IMG/VR virus record: IMGVR_UViG_3300022227_000002
Coordinates: 20,088 to 84,087 of that record
Length of the DNA: 64,000 nt
Strand: one strand, 5' to 3'
Source of the DNA: a virus
Shown here: piece by piece, positions 37,512 through 46,901 of the stretch
Numbering within the stretch: position 1 is the first letter of the stretch
Layout: every line of letters starts with the position of its first letter
Notes under the pieces: model-generated
Database searches by the model: none
The model's input: only the letters and a program-made list of their open reading frames with translations
Told to the model about the DNA's origin: nothing
Made by a program: the position numbers and the translations under genes

Positions 37512-38857
37512 CAAAAGAGAAATCTAAAATTGTGTTTATTTGTTTAGACACTATGTATAAGATCCAAAGAACTTGGACTAAAGAGTTAATTAAAAATATT
37601 GCAGATTATCAAGTGCAAAATATTACTAGTAGTGGTTATGATTTATTAACTGCGGTAACAGAAGAAAATGGTTTAAAACAATGTGAAAAAGATTATACTC
37701 ACGCAGTAGTTTATACAGTAGATACAGAATTTGAGGGAGATAAATTTTTCACATATTTAGAAGAATTAGTTAAAACAGATTTCTTTATAGCAGGACATAT
37801 ATTAGATAGAAAAGAAGGATACTATGAACTTCATGAACAATGTTATGTTATCAATTTAAAAAAATGGGTTGAATATGATTATCCAGATATGGGTGCAGAA
37901 GTAGAAAACGAAAAACACTTAAAAGCTGTGCCTATTAGAAGTGAAGAAAATTATCATGATAATCATACACCACTTTGGATTAAACCTGGTAATGAAATGA
38001 TAGAGTATAAGGATAAATGGCATGGTTGGAATATACTTAATATTGCTTTAGATAATGATGAGGATATAGTAATATTTGATCAGAAAATAAGAGATAGTAA
38101 AAAATGTTATTATGCTGAATATGATTCAGACTTTCAAGAAAATAGTCAAAGCATATATCAAAAATATAATTTTGCCGCGAACAGACTTTATTATCCTACT
38201 AATACAAAAAAATTACAAGATGTTAATATAAAAGGACCTATTTCACAATTAATTGTTCCTGCCAGTGGATTTAATTGGTTGTTATATTTAGACAAGTACG
38301 GACATGATGAAAATACAGAAGTTATATTTTATGATTATAATCCTAATGCATTATGGTATATGAAAGAAACAATTAATAAATTTAATGGGCATGATTATCA
38401 TAAATTCTTAAAAGGTCTTATAAAAGATAAAGCACCTGATTGGTTTCAAAGTAAACAAGAAATTATTACTAATTTTAGCAAAGTTGCTAAATTGTGGCAT
38501 TTAAAAGATGATATAAAAATGCAATTTGTTCAATGCGATTTATTAAATGAATTTAATATAGATATTAATAATGATGAAAATACAATTTTTAATATTAGTA
38601 ATATTTTTGCTTATGAACCTACAGTAGCTTTTATTACTGTTAAACAAAGATTAGAAAAAGAAAACAAATTATTGCGTATATTAAAAGAGAAAAGTCCTAA
38701 AATACAATTAGTAGTTTCAGTTCATGCTTGGAGTGGCTTGTCAGAATACAAACGACACACAGGCCCAGCAGAAAAATTTGACGAAATGGATCTTGAAGAT
38801 TTAAAAGCTCCGCTATGGAGATTTGGGGAAGATTGGAAAAATTTAAATGAAAAATAA
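37466..38857 (+). CDS. Hypothetical two-domain protein, C-terminal half Rossmann/methyltransferase-like (probable start 37487)
   Basis: LIVPASGFNW...VIFYDYNPNAL...FVQCDLLN resemble MTase motifs I-III; AGGAG SD before ATG 37487. Confidence 0.4.
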   Translation: MQGVGTSMAYKFEALTKEKSKIVFICLDTMYKIQRTWTKELIKNIADYQVQNITSSGYDLLTAVTEENGLKQCEKDYTHAVVYTVDTEFEGDKFFTYLEELVKTDFFIAGHILDRKEGYYELHEQCYVINLKKWVEYDYPDMGAEVENEKHLKAVPIRSEENYHDNHTPLWIKPGNEMIEYKDKWHGWNILNIALDNDEDIVIFDQKIRDSKKCYYAEYDSDFQENSQSIYQKYNFAANRLYYPTNTKKLQDVNIKGPISQLIVPASGFNWLLYLDKYGHDENTEVIFYDYNPNALWYMKETINKFNGHDYHKFLKGLIKDKAPDWFQSKQEIITNFSKVAKLWHLKDDIKMQFVQCDLLNEFNIDINNDENTIFNISNIFAYEPTVAFITVKQRLEKENKLLRILKEKSPKIQLVVSVHAWSGLSEYKRHTGPAEKFDEMDLEDLKAPLWRFGEDWKNLNEK

Positions 38858-40112
38858 AAGTTGTACGTTTTGTATGCATCCATTTACTGGTCTTGCTACT
38901 AGAGAAGATGGCGCAATTAAGATATGTTGTAGAAGTCTTCCTATTGGTAATATTAAAAATGAAAGTTTAGAATTTGCTTGGAATAGTGAAAAAATGCGAG
39001 AAGTAAGACGGCAAGTATTAAATGGAGAACGTCCTGATGTTTGTGCACCTTGTTTTGATTTAGAAGATCAAGGAGTACAAAGTTTAAGACAAAGACATAT
39101 TGCAGATAATATACCGGAATCAAGAGTTAACCTTTATCCTAATGCACTTGATAGTCTTTCTAAAGATATGACAATGCCATTTGAACTTCCTACGATGGAA
39201 ATTAAAATTAATAATTTATGTAATTTAAAATGTCGTATGTGTAATCCATTAGATAGTACACAATGGAAAGATTGGAATAGCATTGTAGAACATTATAAAA
39301 AAGAAGACAACTATCTTGTTAAAGCAGTAGAAGATTTAGGACTTACAAAAGCACCATATGTTGGATTGTTTGACGATAAAAAAGAATGGTGGGATAGCTT
39401 AAGAAAACTATTACCTCATTTTAAAAGAGTAGAATTTGCAGGAGGCGAGCCTTTGATGGACCCTCAACATTATAAAATTTTAGATCTTCTCAGTGAGAAT
39501 GGGAAAAATATAGAAATAAAATATGCAACAAATGGTACAGTGTTAGGAATAAAAGGAAGATGGATTAAAGACTATTGGCCCAAATTTAAAAGTGTAGCTG
39601 TTAATGTTAGTATTGATGGGATAGATGAAGTATATGAATATGTTAGATCCAATGGAAAGTTTCAAGATGTTGTAGATAATGTTAGAATAATGAAAAATAT
39701 ACCTACAGTAAGTAGAATTGTAGGAGCATTTACAGTACAATCTAATAATATAATGCAAATAGACAAGGTAATAGACTATTTTTTAAACAAATTAGAAATT
39801 GTATTTTATAGTCATAGGGTACAATATCCTAGAGCCTTGAGTGCCCAAGTATTACCAAAGGAATTAAAAGATAAAGTTATAGCAAAATTAGAATTAATGA
39901 AGGACAAAGTTAAAGAATATAGGTTAGTTAAGGAACATCCAATATTAGAAAAAATTACATTACAACAAATTCAGGATAATATTAATTTTCTTAAAGCAAG
40001 AGATCTAAACAAGTATTGGAAAGATTGTGTAGATTTTAATCATAAGTTAGATAAAACAAGAAATCAAGGTCCTTTTGAAAAAATTATTCCGGAGTTTGCT
40101 CCATATGTATAG
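38847..40112 (+). CDS. Radical SAM enzyme with N-terminal SPASM/twitch-like domain
   Basis: N-terminal CTFCMHPF...DGAIKICC...CAPC, then NNLCNLKCRMCNP, FAGGEPL, YATNGT, VSIDG. Confidence 0.85.
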   Translation: MKNKSCTFCMHPFTGLATREDGAIKICCRSLPIGNIKNESLEFAWNSEKMREVRRQVLNGERPDVCAPCFDLEDQGVQSLRQRHIADNIPESRVNLYPNALDSLSKDMTMPFELPTMEIKINNLCNLKCRMCNPLDSTQWKDWNSIVEHYKKEDNYLVKAVEDLGLTKAPYVGLFDDKKEWWDSLRKLLPHFKRVEFAGGEPLMDPQHYKILDLLSENGKNIEIKYATNGTVLGIKGRWIKDYWPKFKSVAVNVSIDGIDEVYEYVRSNGKFQDVVDNVRIMKNIPTVSRIVGAFTVQSNNIMQIDKVIDYFLNKLEIVFYSHRVQYPRALSAQVLPKELKDKVIAKLELMKDKVKEYRLVKEHPILEKITLQQIQDNINFLKARDLNKYWKDCVDFNHKLDKTRNQGPFEKIIPEFAPYV

Positions 40113-41022
40113 AGTAGAACATTTATATGAAGATGTACGACAAAGTACTAAAATAGAATGGAACATAGGTAAAAGATGTAACTATGATTGCAGTTATTGT
40201 CCTGCAGAAATTCATGATAATTTTAGTGAACATACTGATATTGAAATACTTAAAAATACTGTAGATATTATTTCTAAAATGAATAAACCTAGAATAAGTT
40301 TTACAGGAGGTGAACCTTGTGTGCATCCAAAATTTACAGAACTTTTAGAATATGCAAAACCAAAAGTTACATGGATAAATGTAACCACTAACGGTACCAG
40401 AACAGCCGAGTATTACCAAAATCTTTTGGACAATTATCTTAACCATATTGTGTTTAGTTTACACTTCGAATATGACTGGAATAAAGTTGTAGAAACAATA
40501 ATAAGGGCAGTTAACAGCTCAGTTAATAAGAATGCTCTTGTACACGTAATGATGCTTCCAGGCTCGTTAAATGACGTGCAAGACGCTTGTAGACGCCTTT
40601 TAAATGGTAATATAAAGTATAGTTTGCGTCCAATTCGGTGGACCAAAAAGCATGATGATTTTGAAGATATGAATCGGTATAGCGAAGAAGAAATAAAGTT
40701 TTTGAAAATCCAAAATCATAATCCACCACATAATACTTTGGTAGACAAATCCAAAACTTGTAATGTAAATGATATGTTAATTTTGAAAACTAATAAATTT
40801 AAAGGATGGCTTTGTAATGCAGGTTTAGAAAGTTTAATGATTAATTGGGATGGTGATGTACATAGAGCAACTTGTAGAGTAGGAGGAAGTATAGGTAACA
40901 TTTATAATGGTACGTTTGAAATTCCAAAAGATCCTATTGTGTGTACAAGAGAATGGTGTACGTGTGCCGCGGATATAAATTTAACAAAAATAAAAAATGA
41001 AAATACACAAAATAACTTATAA
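40075..41022 (+). CDS. Radical SAM enzyme (W-x5-CNYxCSYC type, paralog 2; probable start 40105)
   Basis: EWNIGKRCNYDCSYCP, FTGGEP, TTNGTR; C-terminal GWLCNAG...RATC...CTREWCTCAAD. Confidence 0.85.
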   Translation: MKKLFRSLLHMYRVEHLYEDVRQSTKIEWNIGKRCNYDCSYCPAEIHDNFSEHTDIEILKNTVDIISKMNKPRISFTGGEPCVHPKFTELLEYAKPKVTWINVTTNGTRTAEYYQNLLDNYLNHIVFSLHFEYDWNKVVETIIRAVNSSVNKNALVHVMMLPGSLNDVQDACRRLLNGNIKYSLRPIRWTKKHDDFEDMNRYSEEEIKFLKIQNHNPPHNTLVDKSKTCNVNDMLILKTNKFKGWLCNAGLESLMINWDGDVHRATCRVGGSIGNIYNGTFEIPKDPIVCTREWCTCAADINLTKIKNENTQNNL

Positions 41023-41977
41023 ATTTCCTGAATTAAACAATGTTTTACAAATTGAATGGACTTTAGGTAATACTTGCAATTATAATTGTTCATATTGTTT
41101 ACCTATATTACATGATAATTCTTTTCCTTGGATTAATTTAGAAAAAAGTAAAAAATTTATAGACAAATTACATAATCATTATACTGATATGGGTATTACA
41201 CATTTTATTTGGAAGTTTGGTGGAGGTGAACCTACTCTTTATAAAGATTTTGCAAAACTATGTGAATATATTAATCAAAAAGAAAATAATTTAATAATAC
41301 CTATGACAAATGGTAGTAGAAAAATGGATTGGTGGAAAGATAATTATAAAAATTTTTTTGCAGTGCATTTTAGTATTCATCCAGAATTTACAAAACCAGA
41401 ACATATTAGAGATGTATGTGACTTTTTAATAGAAAATAAAGTAGATAATATTTGTCATATAATGATGAAACCCGATGAATGGTCTAAATGTATGGATATA
41501 ATAGATGTATTAAAAAATAGCAACAGAACTGAATGGGGGATTCAAGCTAAACCATTACATCAAGTTTGGGACACCGATACTGTAAGTGAAAGAGACTTAT
41601 ATCCTTATACAGAAGAACAAAAACAGATATTTAAAGGTACAATTAGAGCTCAAGAAAGAGTTAATGAAAAAATAGATACTAGATTTAATAGAGATATGTA
41701 TATGGTAGAAGATGATCAAACATATGACTTTGATCCATATTGGACAGTAGCAAATGATATTGTTGATTGGCGTGGTTATACTTGTAATGCTGGTATAAAC
41801 AGAATTTATATTAATTATGACAAAAGAATGTATTTAGGAGCAGGTTGCAGAGTTTTATCTGAAGGTTTTACAGGTAAAAAATATGATGAAGATTTTAATT
41901 TTCCAACAACTAGTGTTATTTGTAATCAAGAAAGGTGTGTATGTATAGCGGACATTCAGGTGCCAAAAACAAAATAG
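40997..41977 (+). CDS. Radical SAM enzyme (W-x5-CNYxCSYC type, paralog 3)
   Basis: EWTLGNTCNYNCSYCL, FGGGEPTL, MTNGSR; C-terminal GYTCNAG...GAGC...CNQERCVCIAD. Confidence 0.85.
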   Translation: MKIHKITYKFPELNNVLQIEWTLGNTCNYNCSYCLPILHDNSFPWINLEKSKKFIDKLHNHYTDMGITHFIWKFGGGEPTLYKDFAKLCEYINQKENNLIIPMTNGSRKMDWWKDNYKNFFAVHFSIHPEFTKPEHIRDVCDFLIENKVDNICHIMMKPDEWSKCMDIIDVLKNSNRTEWGIQAKPLHQVWDTDTVSERDLYPYTEEQKQIFKGTIRAQERVNEKIDTRFNRDMYMVEDDQTYDFDPYWTVANDIVDWRGYTCNAGINRIYINYDKRMYLGAGCRVLSEGFTGKKYDEDFNFPTTSVICNQERCVCIADIQVPKTK

Positions 41978-42636
41978 GTTTCTTCGGAGACAGTTTTATT
42001 GCTCACCCTCTTAAAGATAATTGGATGGGTCGAATGGCAGATTCATTAGATGCAGAAATTGTAAATACAGGAATTAGTGGTTCAAGTTATTGGACTGCCG
42101 TTATGCATTTTACAAAAAACTTTCATAAATTTAAAGATTTAGATTATTGTGTATTTGCTTGGACTGATCCTTTTAGAATATATCATTCAAAAGGAGATTT
42201 TAGTCCACCTAGTGCTTATCAAGGTTCTAGTAAAAGACATAAAGCCGCTCAAATGTTTTTTGAAGAATTAGTAGAATGGAATAAAGAAAGATTAAATTTT
42301 CAGGCTGTTGCTTATTGGTTAGACAATGAATACTTGTCTAAAATGAAAGGTAAAATTTTACACTTATGGAGTTTTGGAGATACTAGAGTAGAACCTTGGA
42401 GTGACGCAGAACTAGATCAAATTAAGTATTTGCATACTTGGAAACACGGAATAGAAATAAGAAAACCTTTGTATTATATTAGTTGTAGAACAGATCCAAA
42501 AAGAGCTTGGTGCGAAGAAAATTTAAGATTTTTACAAAGTATATTTGCTTTTAGAGTTAATCATATGGGACCAGATGGTGACAATGAAGTTTTTAATCTT
42601 ATAAAAGATGTGATAACTCGGGAAAAGTGGATTTAG
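41935..42636 (+). CDS. SGNH/GDSL-like hydrolase or acyltransferase
   Basis: IGFFGDSF (block I), NTGISGSS (block II), C-terminal VNHMG (block V-like). Confidence 0.55.
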   Translation: MCMYSGHSGAKNKIGFFGDSFIAHPLKDNWMGRMADSLDAEIVNTGISGSSYWTAVMHFTKNFHKFKDLDYCVFAWTDPFRIYHSKGDFSPPSAYQGSSKRHKAAQMFFEELVEWNKERLNFQAVAYWLDNEYLSKMKGKILHLWSFGDTRVEPWSDAELDQIKYLHTWKHGIEIRKPLYYISCRTDPKRAWCEENLRFLQSIFAFRVNHMGPDGDNEVFNLIKDVITREKWI

Positions 42637-44017
42637 CAGATAATTTTCTTATACCATCTAGTTTAGTAACGTATTCTTTAAATCCTGGAAGTAGATGACT
42701 ATTATCTTTTTCATCCATATGATCCATTACAGCCTCCCAACGTTTCCAGCCATAAGGATTGTGTTTCCAATATTCATCATCTTGTCTGTAGTTTTTCCAT
42801 AACCATTCTTTAAATTCTGTATAACGTTCACGAACTTCTTGTTTATCCTCTTTAGGTAATATTTGAATACTTAAAAATGTAGGTATGTAAAGCAAGTGCA
42901 TATTAACTAATCCACCTCCCATTTGTGTACCGCCGGGTACAGTTCCTAAATTAAGTTTTTTAAATTTAGATTCTACTTTCCATTTCATAAAGTCTGGCAA
43001 GTGTTTTACATTAAAAATTTGTATAGCAGTTGCTAAACTTGTTTGTATATTGTCGGGAGTGTTGTCTAACATACGAAGATTCTTTTCTACGGTATCCCAG
43101 TTAGTTGGAAAACGTATATATTCATCTCGTTCATGACAAGCGTCCATGCTAATTGCAAATTTAACTTTCTTAAACTTGCTCCATAACTCAATTAAATCTT
43201 CGTCTACTAATATACCATTTGAATTATATCTTAATAAGATTTTATCTTGATATCCTTGTCGTACAATTTCTTCAATAAATGTTTTATGTTCTCTAATCAT
43301 TAAAGGTTCACCACCAGCAAAATAAACTTGTTTTAAATTAGGAATTTGTTTATTCATTTCTGCCCAAAATGTATCTTTTTCGTGCCACTTGTTATTAAAT
43401 TCTTGTTTACCCCAAGACATTTGTTTTCTAACTGTAGGTATTGTTAGTTGAGGCATAAGTCGTTGCCAATCTGCAACCCATTTAGAACTGTCATGAGGAG
43501 AACACATAACACACTTAATATTACAAGTATGGCCTAATCTTAAATCTAAATATCTTAATGTTTCAGGTACAGTTCCATCTTCTTGTGTTTGTTTTATTAA
43601 TTCAGGAATATCTACACCATCTTTGTGCCACGTACCCGTTTCCCAAATACGTTTACTAACTACTCCTACTTTTTCTTCATTGAAACATTTAGTACAACTA
43701 GCAGGTATTTTTCCAGCTAACATAGTTTTACGAACTGACTTCATATATTCATTGTTCCAAGCACTCATTGGTGTATCTTTTCCAAAGTTTGCTGGTGTGC
43801 CATCTTCTTTTTTAACAAGACCTACTTTGTGATCTTTTCCTGCTCCACTGGCGTTTGCACTACAACATAAACGCATATCTCCATTAGGGCGTGTAGCAAA
43901 GTGAATCCAAGGCAATACACAAAAAGTACAAGAACCACTAACTGATTCTATTTCTCTTTGCCATTTACCTAATTTAGAATCTTTAGGATTTAACCAATAT
44001 TCATTACTTTCAGTCAC
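42599..44017 (-). CDS. Radical SAM enzyme with N-terminal SPASM/twitch-like domain (paralog of 38847)
   Basis: CTFCVLPWIHFATRPNGDMRLCC...CTKC, then GHTCNIKCVMCSP, FAGGEPL, YNSNG, ISMDA. Confidence 0.85.
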   Translation of the reverse strand: MTESNEYWLNPKDSKLGKWQREIESVSGSCTFCVLPWIHFATRPNGDMRLCCSANASGAGKDHKVGLVKKEDGTPANFGKDTPMSAWNNEYMKSVRKTMLAGKIPASCTKCFNEEKVGVVSKRIWETGTWHKDGVDIPELIKQTQEDGTVPETLRYLDLRLGHTCNIKCVMCSPHDSSKWVADWQRLMPQLTIPTVRKQMSWGKQEFNNKWHEKDTFWAEMNKQIPNLKQVYFAGGEPLMIREHKTFIEEIVRQGYQDKILLRYNSNGILVDEDLIELWSKFKKVKFAISMDACHERDEYIRFPTNWDTVEKNLRMLDNTPDNIQTSLATAIQIFNVKHLPDFMKWKVESKFKKLNLGTVPGGTQMGGGLVNMHLLYIPTFLSIQILPKEDKQEVRERYTEFKEWLWKNYRQDDEYWKHNPYGWKRWEAVMDHMDEKDNSHLLPGFKEYVTKLDGIRKLSAKSTFPELSHLL

Positions 44018-44831
44018 TGTTATCTATTCCCCATTGTCTTTCTTTACACCAAAAACATTTACCACATACTGGAATGTCTTTACCTGGAACATATGTTTTA
44101 TAATCTAGGTTTCCAAATATTTCAGGATAAGTTTCCTTATCACCTTCGCAACTTCTTGTAAGATTAAACAGATTCATGATGCCTAATCTCTTATATTGAG
44201 ATACTATCCAATCTTTTTGTACGAAGGTGAAAGGATGACAAGCCACGCCATTCATGTGTGGCTTTATCAATCGATGTAGATTTTCAACAGTATCATTTGA
44301 TAATGTACTGTCTCTGTCCGTTAATCGGCCATCGAATTTTATTTCAGGATTTTTAGTAAGTCCACAAAACCATGCATCTAGATTATAATTATGACCTATA
44401 TATTCTGCGTGTGATCTTAACTCTATTTGATTACCGCTTTTTAATTTGCCATATTCATCAATAATGTTTGGACCTTTAGAACCCCATTCTAAATCAGGTG
44501 CAATAAAATTTGTATGTTCTATAAACTTTATATCTTTAAATGTTTCTTTAAACCAAGCAAATACTTGTTTAAAAATATGTTGTTGCCAAGGACGTGTTTT
44601 CCATAATCTAACATTATAAATTATGTGTATTTTGGTATAATAATTTTTACGTTTAATTAAATCGCATATAATATATGCCATTAAGGCACTATCACAGCCA
44701 CCACTAAGACTTATTCCTATATTTTTCCAGTTTGGTGACAATGGAAAATATACATCAGATATATCGTGGATTATATTTTGGTATTCACTATTCTCGTAGA
44801 GACTTTTTACTTTGTTATTCATAGGCATCAA
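44010..44831 (-). CDS. queC: QueC-like PP-loop ATPase (7-cyano-7-deazaguanine synthase family)
   Basis: N-terminal IGISLSGGCDS PP-loop and C-terminal TRSC...CGKCFWCKER zinc site, both QueC hallmarks. Confidence 0.6.
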   Translation of the reverse strand: MMPMNNKVKSLYENSEYQNIIHDISDVYFPLSPNWKNIGISLSGGCDSALMAYIICDLIKRKNYYTKIHIIYNVRLWKTRPWQQHIFKQVFAWFKETFKDIKFIEHTNFIAPDLEWGSKGPNIIDEYGKLKSGNQIELRSHAEYIGHNYNLDAWFCGLTKNPEIKFDGRLTDRDSTLSNDTVENLHRLIKPHMNGVACHPFTFVQKDWIVSQYKRLGIMNLFNLTRSCEGDKETYPEIFGNLDYKTYVPGKDIPVCGKCFWCKERQWGIDNSD

Positions 44832-44869
44832 ATAATACTTATCGTAATTAATCCTCAGGTTAATTCTTT

Positions 44870-45568
44870 ATGGTAAATATTGGTATGCTTACAAAGATGC
44901 TTACAAAGACTGGTATAACACATTCCTCTAAAGAAATATATAATTTGGTAAAACATTTTGGTCCTGGTAAAAACATTTTGAATAAACAAACAGGAGATTT
45001 CTTTTATGATGAGTGGGAGGTACTTCCAGAATACAAAGACACTAGTTTAGAAGGGTTACTATCTAAAATAGGAAAAGTAGGACAAGCAAGAGTAAATGTA
45101 TTGAAACCAGGTGAGTGTTTTTTTGCTCATGCTGATATAGATGATCGCTTTCATTTAGCATTAGATTCAGAATATAGTTTTTTAACAGATATAATTGGGG
45201 CAAAACTTTATTGTGTTGGAGACGATAATGTATATGAAATGGACGCAGGTAGATTACATTCTGCAAGTAATTATGGATATAAAAATAGATATCAATTAGT
45301 TATTAGAAAACTTTTAAATAGAATAGATTTACAAGAACCTGTAGTAGTAACTTGTATGGCTCTTCAACCTACACCATATAATTTAAGATATCTTTTTGAT
45401 TGTAGTTTTTCTTGTTTATTAAACAAATTTAATAAGCTAGGAGTAATGACTAATTTTCAAAAAATTAGTGATACGTCTATTAAGTTTGACGTTGAATATG
45501 AATTTGTACAAGAAGTATTAAAATTAAAAGAAACTTGTGGCTTTGGAGTGCTTATAAATTATGATTAA
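44870..45568 (+). CDS. 2OG-Fe(II) Asp/Asn beta-hydroxylase-fold oxygenase with extra C-terminal domain (probable start 44885 or 44897)
   Basis: RVNVLKPGECFFAHADIDDRFHLAL...MDAGRLHSASNYG...RYQLVIR: HxD...H triad and 2OG-binding Arg. Confidence 0.7.
   Translation: MVNIGMLTKMLTKTGITHSSKEIYNLVKHFGPGKNILNKQTGDFFYDEWEVLPEYKDTSLEGLLSKIGKVGQARVNVLKPGECFFAHADIDDRFHLALDSEYSFLTDIIGAKLYCVGDDNVYEMDAGRLHSASNYGYKNRYQLVIRKLLNRIDLQEPVVVTCMALQPTPYNLRYLFDCSFSCLLNKFNKLGVMTNFQKISDTSIKFDVEYEFVQEVLKLKETCGFGVLINYD
44885..44908 (+). repeat. 12-bp tandem duplication ATGCTTACAAAG x2 spanning the start codon
   Basis: Exact direct repeat at 44885-44896 and 44897-44908. Confidence 0.9.
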
Positions 45569-46172
45569 AATGAAAGACAAAGAGTGGGATCGTTTTTATA
45601 AACCAATAAATGCAGTTGCTAATGTTCTTTATGAACCTCTTATAAGCAAAGATAAGAAAGTATTTTGTATGAATTGGAATCCTAGTACTTACTTTGAAAA
45701 TAAATTTTTAAATAATGATTTAAGAGAATACTGGTTTTTACGTGAAATTAAATTTTTATTAAAATTAAGAGGCAAATCTTATATACCTGAAGTAATTGAT
45801 ATTGCATATGATGATAGACAAATATTTTTTAGATGGTATGATAATAAACTATTATCTACAGGAAATTGGCGAGAGCAAATTACAGAAATTAAAACTGATT
45901 TAGAAAATGAAGGTATTTTTAAAATAAATCTTTATCCTCATACTTGCTATGTTAATGATGATGGACAAATTCATATAATGGATGTGTATGGTTGTACAGA
46001 TATAGATTCAAAATGGATTAATACAGAATATTTAAAACCTCTTATGATGGATAATCCACATAAAAGATTTACAGAATCAATAACTGGTAATGATTGTGAT
46101 ACACATAAGTTGTATGCAATTACTATTCAATCAAATTACGCTAAATGGCCAAGAGATTTTTTAAATGCTTAA
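45561..46172 (+). CDS. Protein-kinase/APH-fold protein lacking the canonical catalytic Asp
   Basis: FLREIKFLLKL...YIPEVIDI (alphaC/beta4 pattern), KINLYPHT in place of HxDxxxxN, IMDVYG (DFG-like). Confidence 0.5.
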   Translation: MIKMKDKEWDRFYKPINAVANVLYEPLISKDKKVFCMNWNPSTYFENKFLNNDLREYWFLREIKFLLKLRGKSYIPEVIDIAYDDRQIFFRWYDNKLLSTGNWREQITEIKTDLENEGIFKINLYPHTCYVNDDGQIHIMDVYGCTDIDSKWINTEYLKPLMMDNPHKRFTESITGNDCDTHKLYAITIQSNYAKWPRDFLNA

Positions 46173-46218
46173 ATTTGTTGGAAATTGTAAAGATGTAATA
46201 GATGCAAGAAGGATATAA
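46165..46218 (+). CDS. 17-aa coupled micro-ORF MLKFVGNCKDVIDARRI (peptide or truncated gene remnant)
   Basis: ATG overlaps the upstream stop (ATGCTTAA) and its TAA overlaps the next ATG (TAATG). Confidence 0.35.
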   Translation: MLKFVGNCKDVIDARRI

Positions 46219-46901
46219 TGTTTATAGATTCAACAAAATATAGTTCCTGGGAAGAATTAAAAAACTTTCAAAAAAAAGTAATATTAGAATACCATAATGC
46301 TTTTACAACCGGTTCTAATTCTACAATTGGTTCTTGGGATAAGATAACTAGGGCTCCTATAAAAGAAGGAATTGGGAACACTGAAGCATTAAAAGAAGGA
46401 TCAACAAGAAACCCTGCTCCTTATATAATACAAGAATATTTAGAAAAAGTAGGTGATGATGATACGCATAGTAAAGATTTATATTTTAACGGTGAATTTC
46501 AAAAAGGATATAATGAAAGTGATATTTTTAAAGAATGTATAGACTATGCAGTAAAAAATCTTAAAGGATTATATAAAATTTCAATTGACGGGCTACCACC
46601 TGATGGAATAGCTTTACCACGTACTATACAGCATCAGTCAAATCATTTTCAAAAAGGTCCTTGTTATTCTATGTTATTGAGTATTGATATTCCATCTGAA
46701 GACATTATTAAATGTGGAATTAAAGTAGGAATGTCTCGAAAAGAATTTAATCATGGACACATTTTAACAATTGATCCGACAATGACTTATGAAACATGGT
46801 ATCAAGGATTAGGTCATACTTATATAGAAGGTGCCAATCCTAGTTCTTATAGAATTTTAGTAATCGTAGAAGTTTTAAAGAAGGAATTTAATTTAAATTA
46901 A
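46218..46901 (+). CDS. Degenerate Asp/Asn beta-hydroxylase-fold (DSBH) protein without iron-binding histidines
   Basis: LLSIDIP...CGIKVG...RKEFNHGHILTIDPTMTYETWYQ...RILVIVEV follows the AspH pattern HLGLxIP..CxIRVG..WxEGKVLIFDDSFEHEVW..RLIFIVDV, but the His ligands are replaced. Confidence 0.5.
   Translation: MFIDSTKYSSWEELKNFQKKVILEYHNAFTTGSNSTIGSWDKITRAPIKEGIGNTEALKEGSTRNPAPYIIQEYLEKVGDDDTHSKDLYFNGEFQKGYNESDIFKECIDYAVKNLKGLYKISIDGLPPDGIALPRTIQHQSNHFQKGPCYSMLLSIDIPSEDIIKCGIKVGMSRKEFNHGHILTIDPTMTYETWYQGLGHTYIEGANPSSYRILVIVEVLKKEFNLN

Noticed and set aside
34713-41977. Calling the CNYxCSYC enzymes viperins
   Set aside because: The shared motif is too generic and they carry a Cys-rich C-terminal domain that viperins lack; kept only as a hypothesis.
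1720-43832. Short alternative-frame or antisense ORFs in the track (1720, 2690, 7424, 12776, 14310, 16754, 22819, 24588, 26653, 27118, 27950, 29183, 29871, 32305, 33613, 34138, 35570, 36830, 38697, 39543, 40123, 40434, 40523, 40716, 40902, 43623)
   Set aside because: All lie within longer motif-bearing genes, lack SD or promoter context and show no recognisable motifs; they are shadow ORFs.
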